32,000 nt of DNA from Pseudoalteromonas tetraodonis (GTDB lineage: Bacteria > Pseudomonadota > Gammaproteobacteria > Enterobacterales > Alteromonadaceae), in assembly GCF_002310835.1 (NCBI RefSeq), contig NZ_CP011042.1:30001-62000 (forward strand), written 5' to 3'. The notes beneath the pieces were generated by a model. That model ran no database searches, had not been told where the DNA came from, and worked only from the letters and a program-made list of their open reading frames with translations. Every line of letters begins with the position of its first letter. Within the stretch, counting starts at the first letter, position 1. This document shows positions 1-8,353 of this stretch, in pieces. The translations under genes and the position numbers were made by a program.

Positions 1-1
1 T

Positions 2-310
2 TTTATAAGCCAAGTTGGTGAATGGGTAAATACCGACTACGCGCTGGGTAAAAAAGAACAAGCACGGTTATTACTCGATTCGTTAAGTAGTGCTATTGAG
101 CGAGCTCATAGCTTAGCCCTTGCAACCACTTTACATATCAATAATTGCCATCGTCAGCTGCATACCCTTATTTGTGAGCACTTTAGCCTTGATGCGCCAT
201 TTACTGAAAACCCCCAGCGTTTAACCTGTTGCCGCTATTATTTAGCCGGTTATAGCAAATGCCAAACCTGCCCTAAAAAGGATATTAAAACCAATGAACC
301 AACGTCTTAA
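2..310 (+). CDS. 3' end of a FhuF-like siderophore-iron reductase (partial; the start lies upstream of the window)
   Basis: Frame 2 is open from the window edge to TAA at 308-310. My translation ends ...ENPQRLTCCRYYLAGYSKCQTCPKKDIKTNEPTS. This is a C-terminal CC-x9-C-x2-C cysteine cluster like the FhuF 2Fe-2S C-terminal domain. It is absent from the ORF track because it has no start codon in the window. Confidence 0.55.
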   Translation, partial: FISQVGEWVNTDYALGKKEQARLLLDSLSSAIERAHSLALATTLHINNCHRQLHTLICEHFSLDAPFTENPQRLTCCRYYLAGYSKCQTCPKKDIKTNEPTS

Positions 311-1373
311 AACGATTGATCTTGCGCGTGGTGCGAGCGTTTTCATTATGATTATTGTGCATACCTTATGGATGTATGCCACCACAGCGCTTCAAAGTGA
401 AAGCGCATTTGGTACGGTTGTACATATACTTGGCAAAGGCACCGCCTCGTTTTTGGTGGCAATGGGGCTATCTATGGCGCTTTCGCGCAGGCAAACACCC
501 TTGCTATTAATTAAGCGTGGTTTACAGCTTTTACTGCTTGCCTATTTAATGAATGCGGCCAAGTTTTGGCTACCTATTGAAGTATTTAATACCATGCCCG
601 AGGCGTTTATAAATGCTTATGGCTGGCAAAGTCCGCTCAGTGCTGGGCAGTTACAATTTATGGTGTTAACAGGTGATATTTTACAACTGGCTGGAGTTAG
701 CTTATTGCTGTTTGGTGTGCTTAATATTGCCCGTTGGAAAACAATATGGATTGCGGTTTTAGCCATTGCAATTGCAGTTATGAGCCAGTTTGTGAGGGGG
801 CAACAATTTACGCTTTCACCTTATATTAGCGATTTGTTTTTTGCTAATAACTATCAAGTGTATTTTCCGGTATTTCCTTGGATAAGTGCGATATTAACGG
901 GGTATGTACTTGGTCGTTTATACCTTAGTAATCAACAAAATGCCGATTACTTATATAAAGTATGTGCACAACTTGGTGCTGCTTTACTTGTTATTGGCGG
1001 CATATGGTTAGCCATTGATTTTAAAGGACAGTTTGGCAACTTTTTCCATTTAAATGGCGGCGGTATTAGCTATTTAGTTGGCTTAAATTTATGTGCCCTA
1101 GCGGCTATACAGTATATTTTTGCTGATAAATATAATGGTCCTATTACACGTGCTCTTTTATATGCCAGTAAACATGTAACCGCGCTATATGTTATTCAAT
1201 GGGTACTTATTTGCTGGTTTATGGGGGCGCTTGGTTATCATACCCTTAGCCTTTGGCCGACACTTTGTATGATGGTACTAATGACTTTACTGACTTTTGC
1301 TGTGCATAAGGTTTATTTAAAAAGCAAACAGAGCTTCACAGACATTACGCAAAAAACTAAACGTACAGCTTAA
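294..1373 (+). CDS. Polytopic membrane protein, DUF1624 / acyltransferase-3-like (heparan-alpha-glucosaminide N-acetyltransferase-like)
   Basis: 359-aa ORF with many hydrophobic segments. The N-terminal RLKTIDLARGASVFIMIIVH motif is typical of this family. Its ATG overlaps the upstream FhuF-like gene by 17 nt. Confidence 0.55.
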   Translation: MNQRLKTIDLARGASVFIMIIVHTLWMYATTALQSESAFGTVVHILGKGTASFLVAMGLSMALSRRQTPLLLIKRGLQLLLLAYLMNAAKFWLPIEVFNTMPEAFINAYGWQSPLSAGQLQFMVLTGDILQLAGVSLLLFGVLNIARWKTIWIAVLAIAIAVMSQFVRGQQFTLSPYISDLFFANNYQVYFPVFPWISAILTGYVLGRLYLSNQQNADYLYKVCAQLGAALLVIGGIWLAIDFKGQFGNFFHLNGGGISYLVGLNLCALAAIQYIFADKYNGPITRALLYASKHVTALYVIQWVLICWFMGALGYHTLSLWPTLCMMVLMTLLTFAVHKVYLKSKQSFTDITQKTKRTA

Positions 1374-1410
1374 GCTGTAAAGGGGCTTTACGGGCGCTGA
1401 TTTGGGTGCC

Positions 1411-2277
1411 CTAGCCTGCTTTTATTGCGTTAATAACGCTATGCATACGCTTTGCTAATGGTCTATTTCGGTGATGACTCACATAAATATTTTCGCTAAT
1501 TGGTTTGGTTAAATGATGCGTTTTAATAAGCGCAGGTTTATTAAAAGCACTTACTGCGTGTGCTGGTAAAACCGTAAAACCCAGCCCTAAACTTACCGGC
1601 TCCAGTATTAAACTTATTTGGTTAGAAAACCCCGTTTGCTTAATTTGATCAACATGTTCAAATTCTGGGAAATTTTCACTTAATAAAAGCTGTGCATGAT
1701 GTTTTGCATCGGGGTGGCTAATAAAACCTAGTTGATTTAATGCGCTCCATGTTGGGTTTTCTATATGTGCGGGCGTTACTAATAATAGGCATTCTTTACC
1801 AATTTTGTGGCTGGTAACTTCACTAAGGGTAGGCGCTTGAGTTAAAAAGCCAATATCGGCACTATGATTGGCCACTGCTTGTTCAACACTGGTATTTGGA
1901 GCAAAGCGGTAATCTATAATTAGCTCCTTGTACTCTACTTGCAATGCTAATAGTTGATTGTAAAACTTTAGCCCGCAACTGCCTGGCGACTGTATTTTAA
2001 CTAAACCGCTGTAAGGTGAATCATCTTTTAATTGCTGCTCTAAAAACTGCCATTCTTTGAGTAACTGACTACCCTGCTGATATAAATTTTGACCCTGAAT
2101 AGTAAGCGTAAATTGTTTACCGTGACGCTCAAGCAAGGCGCAATCTAGTTGCTGCTCTAACTTTTTTATATGTTGGCTTACGCCTGACTGGGTCATATAA
2201 AGGCGCTCGGCGGTTTGGGTAAAATGATTTACATCAACTAAAGTACAAAACGTGTTTAACCATGTCGGATTTATCAT
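1411..2277 (-). CDS. LysR-family transcriptional regulator
   Basis: 288 aa. It has an N-terminal HTH (FCTLVDVNHFTQTAERLYMTQSGVSQHIKKLEQQL) followed by a LysR substrate-binding-like domain. It is divergent from the VOC gene, the usual LysR arrangement. Confidence 0.9.
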   Translation of the reverse strand: MINPTWLNTFCTLVDVNHFTQTAERLYMTQSGVSQHIKKLEQQLDCALLERHGKQFTLTIQGQNLYQQGSQLLKEWQFLEQQLKDDSPYSGLVKIQSPGSCGLKFYNQLLALQVEYKELIIDYRFAPNTSVEQAVANHSADIGFLTQAPTLSEVTSHKIGKECLLLVTPAHIENPTWSALNQLGFISHPDAKHHAQLLLSENFPEFEHVDQIKQTGFSNQISLILEPVSLGLGFTVLPAHAVSAFNKPALIKTHHLTKPISENIYVSHHRNRPLAKRMHSVINAIKAG

Positions 2278-2381
2278 TACAAAATATACTCAAAATGATG
2301 ATTAATGATAATTTTACTTAATGTTGGTCAATTCGTAAACTAACTCCATCAACTAAACATAGTTAAGTAGGAGTATTTATT

Positions 2382-2882
2382 ATGAGTCATACATATCCAC
2401 GTAGTTTTTCGCACATTGGTATTTCAGTACCGGATGTTGAAAAAGCCGTAGAGTTTTACACTAAGGTGATGGGCTGGTACACCATAATGGAGCCGACAGT
2501 GATCACTGAAGATAACAGCCCCATTGGCGAAATGTGTACCGATGTATTTGGTCCAAATTGGGAAAAATTTAAAATAGCGCACCTTTCAACAGGCGATCGT
2601 ATTGGTGTCGAAATTTTTGAATTTAAAGACCAAGAAAACCCTAAAGACAACTTTGAGTACTGGAAAACCGGTATCTTCCATTTCTGTGTACAAGACCCAG
2701 ATGTAGAAGGCTTAGCAGATCGCATTGTTGCCGCAGGTGGTAAAAAACGTATGCCAGAGCCACGTTACTACTACCCTGGTGAAAAGCCGTACCGCATGAT
2801 CTACATGGAAGACCCGTTTGGTAACATCCTTGAGATTTACAGCCACAGTTACGAGCTTATATATAGCGCAGGCGCATACTAA
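2382..2882 (+). CDS. VOC / glyoxalase-family protein (lactoylglutathione-lyase-like)
   Basis: 166 aa. FSHIGISVPDVEKAVEFYTKVMGW and the C-terminal DPFGNILEIY are typical glyoxalase/bleomycin-resistance/dioxygenase fold motifs. A GGAG-type SD (aagtaggag) precedes the ATG. Confidence 0.8.
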   Translation: MSHTYPRSFSHIGISVPDVEKAVEFYTKVMGWYTIMEPTVITEDNSPIGEMCTDVFGPNWEKFKIAHLSTGDRIGVEIFEFKDQENPKDNFEYWKTGIFHFCVQDPDVEGLADRIVAAGGKKRMPEPRYYYPGEKPYRMIYMEDPFGNILEIYSHSYELIYSAGAY

Positions 2883-2915
2883 AAGCACATAGCTTAAAGT
2901 ATTTAGTAAAAACAA

Positions 2916-2944
2916 AGCCGCAGTATTTATTACTGTGGTTTTGT
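2916..2944 (+). terminator. Probable intrinsic terminator after the VOC gene
   Basis: Stem ccgcagta (2918-2925), loop tttat, stem tactgtgg (2931-2938, one G-U pair), followed by tttt. Confidence 0.5.
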
Positions 2945-3037
2945 GCCTAAAAAGAATACATTGCCTAGATATGTTAGTGCTGATAACGTGATAAAACAAA
3001 ACTACTTATAACTCCATGTTTTAAATTAAGGACAATA

Positions 3038-3481
3038 ATGAACATTTCATTGGAAGATATCACTTCTGCTAATTACGAAGAGGTATGCGATTTAGACGTT
3101 ACCAAAGCGCAACAAGAATACGTAGCGTGTAATATGTGGTCGTTAGTTGAGGCGCACTACAATAGTGGACATACCTGTAAAGCTATTTACCAAAATAATA
3201 AGCCTGTAGGCTTTTTTATGTGGGTGCAAGAAACCCCTACAAAAGTTTCTATTTGGCGTTTTATGGTAGATGAACATCATCAAAATAAAGGTATTGGCCG
3301 CCAAGCATTATTAATGGCAATTGCAGAGATTAAAACGACTTCTAAGCTTGAACAAATCGAGATTTGTTATAACCCGCAAAACCCTGTTGCTAAGGATTTT
3401 TATTCTAGTTTTGGGTTTGAAGAAGTTGGCCTAGATGAAGACGAAGAAGATATGTTAGCCATTATTAATATAAAAAGTTAA
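3038..3481 (+). CDS. GNAT-family N-acetyltransferase (diamine/spermidine acetyltransferase-like)
   Basis: 147 aa. The acetyl-CoA binding motif HQNKGIGRQALLMAI (Q/RxxGxG/A) and the C-terminal FYSSFGFEEVG are typical of GNAT proteins. Confidence 0.8.
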   Translation: MNISLEDITSANYEEVCDLDVTKAQQEYVACNMWSLVEAHYNSGHTCKAIYQNNKPVGFFMWVQETPTKVSIWRFMVDEHHQNKGIGRQALLMAIAEIKTTSKLEQIEICYNPQNPVAKDFYSSFGFEEVGLDEDEEDMLAIINIKS

Positions 3482-3519
3482 CCCAATTTTGTTTAGCGCG
3501 TTGCTTATTGCCATAAAGA

Positions 3520-3951
3520 TTAGTGCTTAGTAAGGTGTGGAGGATGTTGCAGTGCTAATTTTTTTAGCTGTGTAATGCATGAAAGCGCTAAGTCATGATA
3601 TTCATCATCGCTATACAATATCTCGTTTAGCAGATTAATAGATTGTATGAGTGCATTGTGCGCAGCACTTTGTTCGTCTAAAAAGTGAAGTGTGGAATAA
3701 AGGCGCTCTGTAAGTGAGGTAATTTGTATGATTTGCTGTTTATTCGCACAGTTATACATTTGAGCTAATAAGGACGCACTTTCAAGTGCACACCCCAAAT
3801 ACGGCAATGCTTGTGCAAATTGGTATCGTTTAAACAGCGCTTCGCCACTTAGCTGCGCATTTTGAATATCTATAATTGCTTGCTCTGGTTGACATAAAAC
3901 ATGTTGTTTGTGTCGAGCACATAAAAAAGGTAAGGCCATGGGACGTTCCAT
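3520..3951 (-). CDS. Hypothetical protein (predicted all-helical, no recognisable family)
   Basis: 143-aa ORF in an otherwise empty interval. It is divergent from chaN. The start could instead be the internal Met (MALPFL...). Confidence 0.45.
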   Translation of the reverse strand: MERPMALPFLCARHKQHVLCQPEQAIIDIQNAQLSGEALFKRYQFAQALPYLGCALESASLLAQMYNCANKQQIIQITSLTERLYSTLHFLDEQSAAHNALIQSINLLNEILYSDDEYHDLALSCITQLKKLALQHPPHLTKH

Positions 3952-3997
3952 ATCTGTATATTTTTTAAGACTGTAAAACAGAAATCTTAAAACATCA

Positions 3998-4018
3998 AAT
4001 GATAATTGTTTTTATTTG
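3998..4018. promoter_or_regulatory. Weak Fur-box-like sequence in the divergent hypothetical/chaN intergenic region
   Basis: aaatGATAATtgtttttattt begins with a perfect GATAAT hexamer, but only about 12/19 positions match the GATAATGATAATCATTATC consensus. Confidence 0.3.
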
Positions 4019-4092
4019 CATTTATAGGTTTAAAGCAGTTTGTTGTGTATACTAACTTCATTGTTTTGATTCTTATTTTTATAAAAACCGAT

Positions 4093-5025
4093 ATGAAAAA
4101 CCCATTTTTAGCACTTGTTTTACTCAGTGGATTATCAGGCTGCAGTACAAACACAGTATCAATATCTCAAAATTCATCCTTGTATAATTACGGGCTTTAT
4201 AATGCAAATGGCCAGCGAGTTAATTCAATATTGTCAGAGTCCACGCTTTTGAATGCCGATGTTGTTTTAGTCGGTGAATGGCATACACACCCCGGTGTGC
4301 ACTTATTTCAGGCTCAGCTATTTCAGCAATTAAGCACACAAAATAAGCCTATTGCCTTATCGCTTGAGCAATTTAGTCGCGCTGATCAGCAAACACTAAA
4401 CCTTTATCTTGAGAGTAAAATAGGTGAACAATACCTAATTGATAATACTAAGGCTTGGCCTAATTATAAGAGCGATTATCGTGCGTTAGTGGAATTGGCG
4501 AAGATACAAAATAGCGATGTAATAGCTGCAAATGCGCCTAAGCATATTGTTACCTGTATTGGTCGCCAAGGTATTAATTATATTAATAAACCCGACCCAC
4601 AACAGCGTAGTTTTATTGCAAAAGAGATAGATACTTCTCCAAGCCTTTATAAAGAACGCTTTATGCAATCCATGCATCATGGAACGGCGAGTAAAAACGA
4701 AAAACTTTACGCCGCGCAAGTTACTTGGGACGAAACCATGGCTGAGTCTATCGTTAACTATATTAGTCAAAATAAGGGCACGCAGGTTATACATTTAGCT
4801 GGTGACTTTCATGTGAGAAATGGTGAAGGCATAGCGCGGGTAATTAAGCGAATTGCCCCAGAGCTTAATGTTGTATGGGTTTCGCCAGTATCAAAGGTAC
4901 AATCTGAGCAAAGTGGTTATCAATTAGAAGTTAACGCTTTGCCTGCTCGCTATGTGCAAAAAGCACATCAACAAGCTGCATTTAAAGCTTTAGCCAAACG
5001 AGGGGAGAAAACACAGTGCCAATAA
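4093..5025 (+). CDS. ChaN-family (DUF399, Tiki-superfamily) heme/iron-associated lipoprotein
   Basis: I prefer the internal ATG at 4093, which gives MKNPFLALVLLSGLSGCS, a signal peptide with an LSGC lipobox. ADVVLVGEWHTHPGVH and HLAGDFHV are ChaN-like motifs. The ORF-track start at 4006 would add 29 unlikely residues. Confidence 0.7.
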   Translation: MKNPFLALVLLSGLSGCSTNTVSISQNSSLYNYGLYNANGQRVNSILSESTLLNADVVLVGEWHTHPGVHLFQAQLFQQLSTQNKPIALSLEQFSRADQQTLNLYLESKIGEQYLIDNTKAWPNYKSDYRALVELAKIQNSDVIAANAPKHIVTCIGRQGINYINKPDPQQRSFIAKEIDTSPSLYKERFMQSMHHGTASKNEKLYAAQVTWDETMAESIVNYISQNKGTQVIHLAGDFHVRNGEGIARVIKRIAPELNVVWVSPVSKVQSEQSGYQLEVNALPARYVQKAHQQAAFKALAKRGEKTQCQ

Positions 5026-5047
5026 TAGGTTGGCACTGTGTTTGTGT
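5009..5047. terminator. Bidirectional hairpin terminator between convergent chaN and the azurin pseudogene
   Basis: Perfect 14-bp stem aaacacagtgccaa (5009-5022) / ttggcactgtgttt (5030-5043) with loop taatagg. A short T-run follows on both strands. The stem contains the chaN stop codon. Confidence 0.6.
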
Positions 5048-5064
5048 AATACACTTTTTAATAT

Positions 5065-5779
5065 TTACTTAAGCGTAAATGTGCTTTTCATCATGGCGTA
5101 ATGGCCAGGAAAAGAGCAAAAGAAAGTGTAATCGGTTCCGGCGGTTAAGCCGCTGGTTTTAAAAGTAACGTCGGTTGTTTTACCGCCGCCAATAATGTCT
5201 GTAGCACCAATCACACGACTATCATTAGGCTTTATGTAGTGGTTGCTAAGCCCTGCAGCGTTGCCATCTGTGATAATACCTTGCATGTTTTAATCGTAGA
5301 TAGCACCCAGTTATGACCCATTACATTGGCAGGTAATTTACCGGTGTGGCAAGGGCGTGTTGATCTTTGATGGTTGAATTTGCAGCAGTGTGTTTGGTTT
5401 TTAGGCAAGACAGAGCCTATGAAGTGTGGTTATTCCACATAAATAGGCGATAACGCAGCATAAATACCAAACATGCGCTGTCCTTCGGGTTCTGCCTAGG
5501 GGCGATAAACTCATTGTTGCTCGATTTTTACTTAGCCCACCAGGTTACAAATCTCGCGCCGCGACTTAATCGCCCCTAGATTGAACAAATTCCAATCCGC
5601 AAAGTTCAACACGCCCTATGCTTTACGGTCACTTGCTTACAGCTTTTAGGGGCGCTTAGTGTTTTAGTTGAAAACTGCATCATATCGTTTGCATCTATAT
5701 TTAGTGTGCATTCGTCTGCATATGCAGCATTGGTACTCAGTAGCAGTGTAGTGCTTAGTAAGGCTATTAATTTTTTCAT
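5065..5779 (-). pseudogene. azu: Azurin (blue copper protein) gene disrupted by a 266-bp insertion and a 1-nt frameshift
   Basis: N-terminal part, 5779-5618, in my translation: MKKLIALLSTTLLLSTNAAYA/DECTLNIDANDMMQFSTKTLSAPKSCKQVTVKH. After the insert, 5351-5289 reads CHTGKLPANVMGHNWVLSTIK. Two orphan nt follow (AC), and then the track ORF 5286-5065 gives MQGIITDG...YTFFCSFPGHYAMMKSTFTLK. Joined together, these pieces are colinear with classical azurins, including the H, C, H and M copper ligands. Confidence 0.85.
5352..5617. mobile_element. MITE-like non-autonomous insertion inside the azurin gene
   Basis: The terminal inverted repeats are AGGGCGTGTTGAtCTTTGatGgTTGaAATTTG (5352-5383) and the reverse complement of 5586-5617, matching at about 26/32 with the first 12 perfect. 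There is no ORF. The element sits exactly at a codon boundary of azurin. An internal 11-bp stem pairs ctaggggcgat (5496-5506) with atcgcccctag (5569-5579), and there is a cc-TTCG-gg tetraloop hairpin near 5482-5489. Confidence 0.6.
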
Positions 5780-6519
5780 ACTGTCTGTGCTAGTTGGTTT
5801 GAGCTGTTTCGAGCTTTATTTGTTAAGGCTACAAGTGCTTTTCGCACGGCTAATGGGCTATCGCACTCGTTCGCAAAATTAATAAAGTAATTACGCTTGT
5901 GGCTTTGTATATAAAAGCCTGTGGGTAGTAGGCCGCTCATTATTGGGGTGTTATCGGCTACGTTATAGTGCTGCATTAATATCAGCGACATAGCATCTTG
6001 ATGATCTTCATTCATATGAGTGATCATGCTTTGCTGCTGGCTTTCATCCCACTTTTTAGGCTGAGCTTGCCACTCGTTTTGCTCAAGCCAAAATATTTTT
6101 CCAAAACCGCCAATATAACGCACCCGTACTGCATCTAATTGCCAAAGCTGAAAATCATGCGCATTGCGATAGCTTGCAGCCTCAGGGTACAAAGCTATAT
6201 ATTTATCAAGTAGCACTTCGCTTTGCTCTTTTGCCACAATAGAGCCATCACCTACGAGTGTTACTCGCCCATGTTCGTTTTGATCGCCATAATCGGCGGC
6301 ATCAAAAATAGTCAGACTCATGCGTGAGTCCTGTTTTAAATTTTTGGTATGCTGAGCTATGTCACTAATAAAAAAGTAGATGCGACCTTGTTCGTCACAC
6401 ATATAAGGTGTAACAGAGCCAAACGGATAGCCGCGTAAATTATTTGAAATGGTCGACATTACGCCGGCATGGGTTTTAAAAACGAGCGTACGTGCGTCGT
6501 TTAATGCTTGCTCTCTCAT
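5776..6519 (-). CDS. HugZ/HutZ-like heme utilization protein (PNPOx-like split-barrel domain plus C-terminal DUF2470-like domain)
   Basis: 247 aa. The N-terminal half (GVMSTIS...GYPFGSVTPYMCDEQGRIYFFISDIAQHTKNL) resembles the pyridoxamine-5'-phosphate-oxidase-like fold. The C-terminal ITHMNEDHQDAMSLI resembles DUF2470. It lies immediately downstream of hmuTUV. Confidence 0.7.
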   Translation of the reverse strand: MREQALNDARTLVFKTHAGVMSTISNNLRGYPFGSVTPYMCDEQGRIYFFISDIAQHTKNLKQDSRMSLTIFDAADYGDQNEHGRVTLVGDGSIVAKEQSEVLLDKYIALYPEAASYRNAHDFQLWQLDAVRVRYIGGFGKIFWLEQNEWQAQPKKWDESQQQSMITHMNEDHQDAMSLILMQHYNVADNTPIMSGLLPTGFYIQSHKRNYFINFANECDSPLAVRKALVALTNKARNSSNQLAQTV

Positions 6520-7304
6520 GAAAACTCCTGACGTTGAGAAAAAACCATGGGCGCATCGTTATAAGGATGAGGGTTAACGTGCAATTTCATGGCGTACATT
6601 TGTTGTAAGTTTTGTGCTGTTAAAACGGTATTTATAGACCCGCTTTGCAGCACTTTTTGGTTGTGTAATAAAATAGCGTTGGTTGCATAAAGGCTTGCTA
6701 AATTAAGATCGTGTATAGCAATAATGGCGCTGTTTCCTTGCTCTACAAAGGTTCTAACACAGCTAAGTAAAGTATGTTGATGACGCATATCTAGCGCTGA
6801 TGTTGGCTCATCGAGCAACATTAATTTAGGCCCCGTTTGCGCAGTAAAAGCATCTAACTGTGCTAATGTGCGCGCCATATGAACACGCTGTTGTTCGCCG
6901 CCCGAAAGCGCACTCATTCGACGTGTTAGGTAATGGGTTAAATCCATAAGTGAGGCATATTTTTGAACTTTATTGGCTTGTGTTTTAAGAGACTCTGTAT
7001 AGGGATAGCGACCCATAGCAATGAGTTCAACTACACTAAAATCAAAGCCAACATGGTTACTTTGCATCATTACAGCGCGCTTGCTAGCTAATTGCTCTTT
7101 AGAAAATGAATGCAAAGGTTTGGTATTAAATAGTATATCTCCCTCAAAGGGATGCATGCCTGCCAAAGTATGCAGTAAGGTCGATTTACCTGCGCCATTT
7201 TCGCCTATCAGTGCGACAAGTTGTCCTGCTTAGATATTGCCGCTAATACCCTCTAAAACACGATGGGTGTTAAAGCCTATATTGAGGTTGTTAAACGTGA
7301 TCAT
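6516..7304 (-). pseudogene. hmuV: Hemin ABC transporter ATP-binding protein HmuV with an in-frame TAA before the Walker A motif
   Basis: From the ATG at 7304-7302 my translation reads MITFNNLNIGFNTHRVLEGISGNI-TAA(7232-7230)-AGQLVALIGENGAGKSTLLHTLAGMHPF... and runs in the same frame into the track ORF 6516-7166. That ORF contains LSGGEQQRV, LLLDEP and an H-loop. The 216-aa track ORF alone lacks Walker A. Confidence 0.8.
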
Positions 7305-8353
7305 GACCAATCTCGCTTATTTTTAATGATCAAATATATAAATAGTGGAGCCCCAAGTAACGCCGTTATAATGCCTATCGGCAGCTCCGCAGGCATAACA
7401 ACCAAGCGTGCTAACCAATCTGAAAGTAGCAACACTATGACACCTAAAAGCATACAAAGTGGCAGCATATTTCGTAAATGAGGCCCAACCATTAGGCGTG
7501 CAATATGAGGGACAACTAAACCAACAAAGCCAATTAAACCTGTTAGCGCAACCACCGCACCTACGCCCAATGCCACTAATATAATGACGTATAATTTAAG
7601 CTTGCTGGTATCGACGCCTAAGTATTGAGCTTGTGATTCACCGATAAGAAGTAGATTCATTGGCTCTTTTAATCGCCATAGCCCGATAAGGCTCAGTAAA
7701 AGCAAAGGACTCGCCTGTTTTATATTATCCCAGCTCGCACCGCCTAATGAGCCCATGGTCCAATAGTTAATTAACCGCAGTGCGCTGTCATCGGCATAAA
7801 AACTTAATAATCCAATAACAGCGAATGCCAATGCATTAATGGCGGCACCGACTAATATAAGCGTATTTATATTAATTTGTTTTTGTTGTTTTGAGACTAA
7901 ATATACCAGCGACGTTACTGAGAGTGCGCCCAAAAATGAGGCATAAGGTAAGTAGTGTTGGGCGTTAAAATTAAATTGTGCACTAAGGGCGATAAAAGCA
8001 ACCGCGACCATTGCAGCGCCTGCGCTTATACCAATAATAGAGGGATCAGCAAGCGGGTTACGACATAGCGCTTGGGTTGCAGCCCCTGTTTGTGCAAGTA
8101 CTAACCCTACCATCACTGCAAGGACAAAACGAGGCAGGCGTATTTGTGTAACCACATTGATTTGTAGCGCATCAAATTGACTAAAATGTTCAGGAGCTAG
8201 CCATGCAATAGCTAAACGCCAATCCCATCCTGCGGCTCCATAGCCTATGCTAAGTAATGCTAAAGCAAAAATGCAGCCATAACTTAATAGCATCCACTTA
8301 TGCGGGTTACTCAGTGTTATGGCGTTAAAACGATTCAAAGTTAACGTGCTCAT
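7301..8353 (-). CDS. hmuU: Hemin ABC transporter permease (FecCD family)
   Basis: 350 aa and polytopic. FecCD-type motifs are present (RNPLADPSIIGISAGAA, LLGAPLFIYLI). It lies between hmuT and hmuV. Confidence 0.9.
   Translation of the reverse strand: MSTLTLNRFNAITLSNPHKWMLLSYGCIFALALLSIGYGAAGWDWRLAIAWLAPEHFSQFDALQINVVTQIRLPRFVLAVMVGLVLAQTGAATQALCRNPLADPSIIGISAGAAMVAVAFIALSAQFNFNAQHYLPYASFLGALSVTSLVYLVSKQQKQININTLILVGAAINALAFAVIGLLSFYADDSALRLINYWTMGSLGGASWDNIKQASPLLLLSLIGLWRLKEPMNLLLIGESQAQYLGVDTSKLKLYVIILVALGVGAVVALTGLIGFVGLVVPHIARLMVGPHLRNMLPLCMLLGVIVLLLSDWLARLVVMPAELPIGIITALLGAPLFIYLIIKNKRDWS

Noticed and set aside
2456-2999. ORFs 2456-2725(-) and 2712-2999(-), antisense to or trailing the VOC gene
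   Set aside because: They lie antisense within a well-supported CDS or across its terminator. Their composition is low-complexity or odd, and they have no recognisable motifs or SD. They are typical shadow ORFs.
4486-4794. ORF 4486-4794(-), antisense inside chaN
   Set aside because: It is fully embedded antisense in a gene with clear family motifs, and its product resembles no known family.
5340-5630. Target-site duplication flanking the MITE-like insertion
   Set aside because: I compared the flanks (…gtgtggca | element | atgctttac…) and found no direct repeat of 2 nt or more. I therefore do not claim a TSD. This is noted as an open point rather than as evidence against insertion.
7021-7481. 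ORFs 7021-7233(+) and 7263-7481(+), opposite hmuV/hmuU
   Set aside because: They are shadow frames of the ABC transporter genes. The minus-strand translations carry Walker A/B and FecCD motifs, which fully explain the region.
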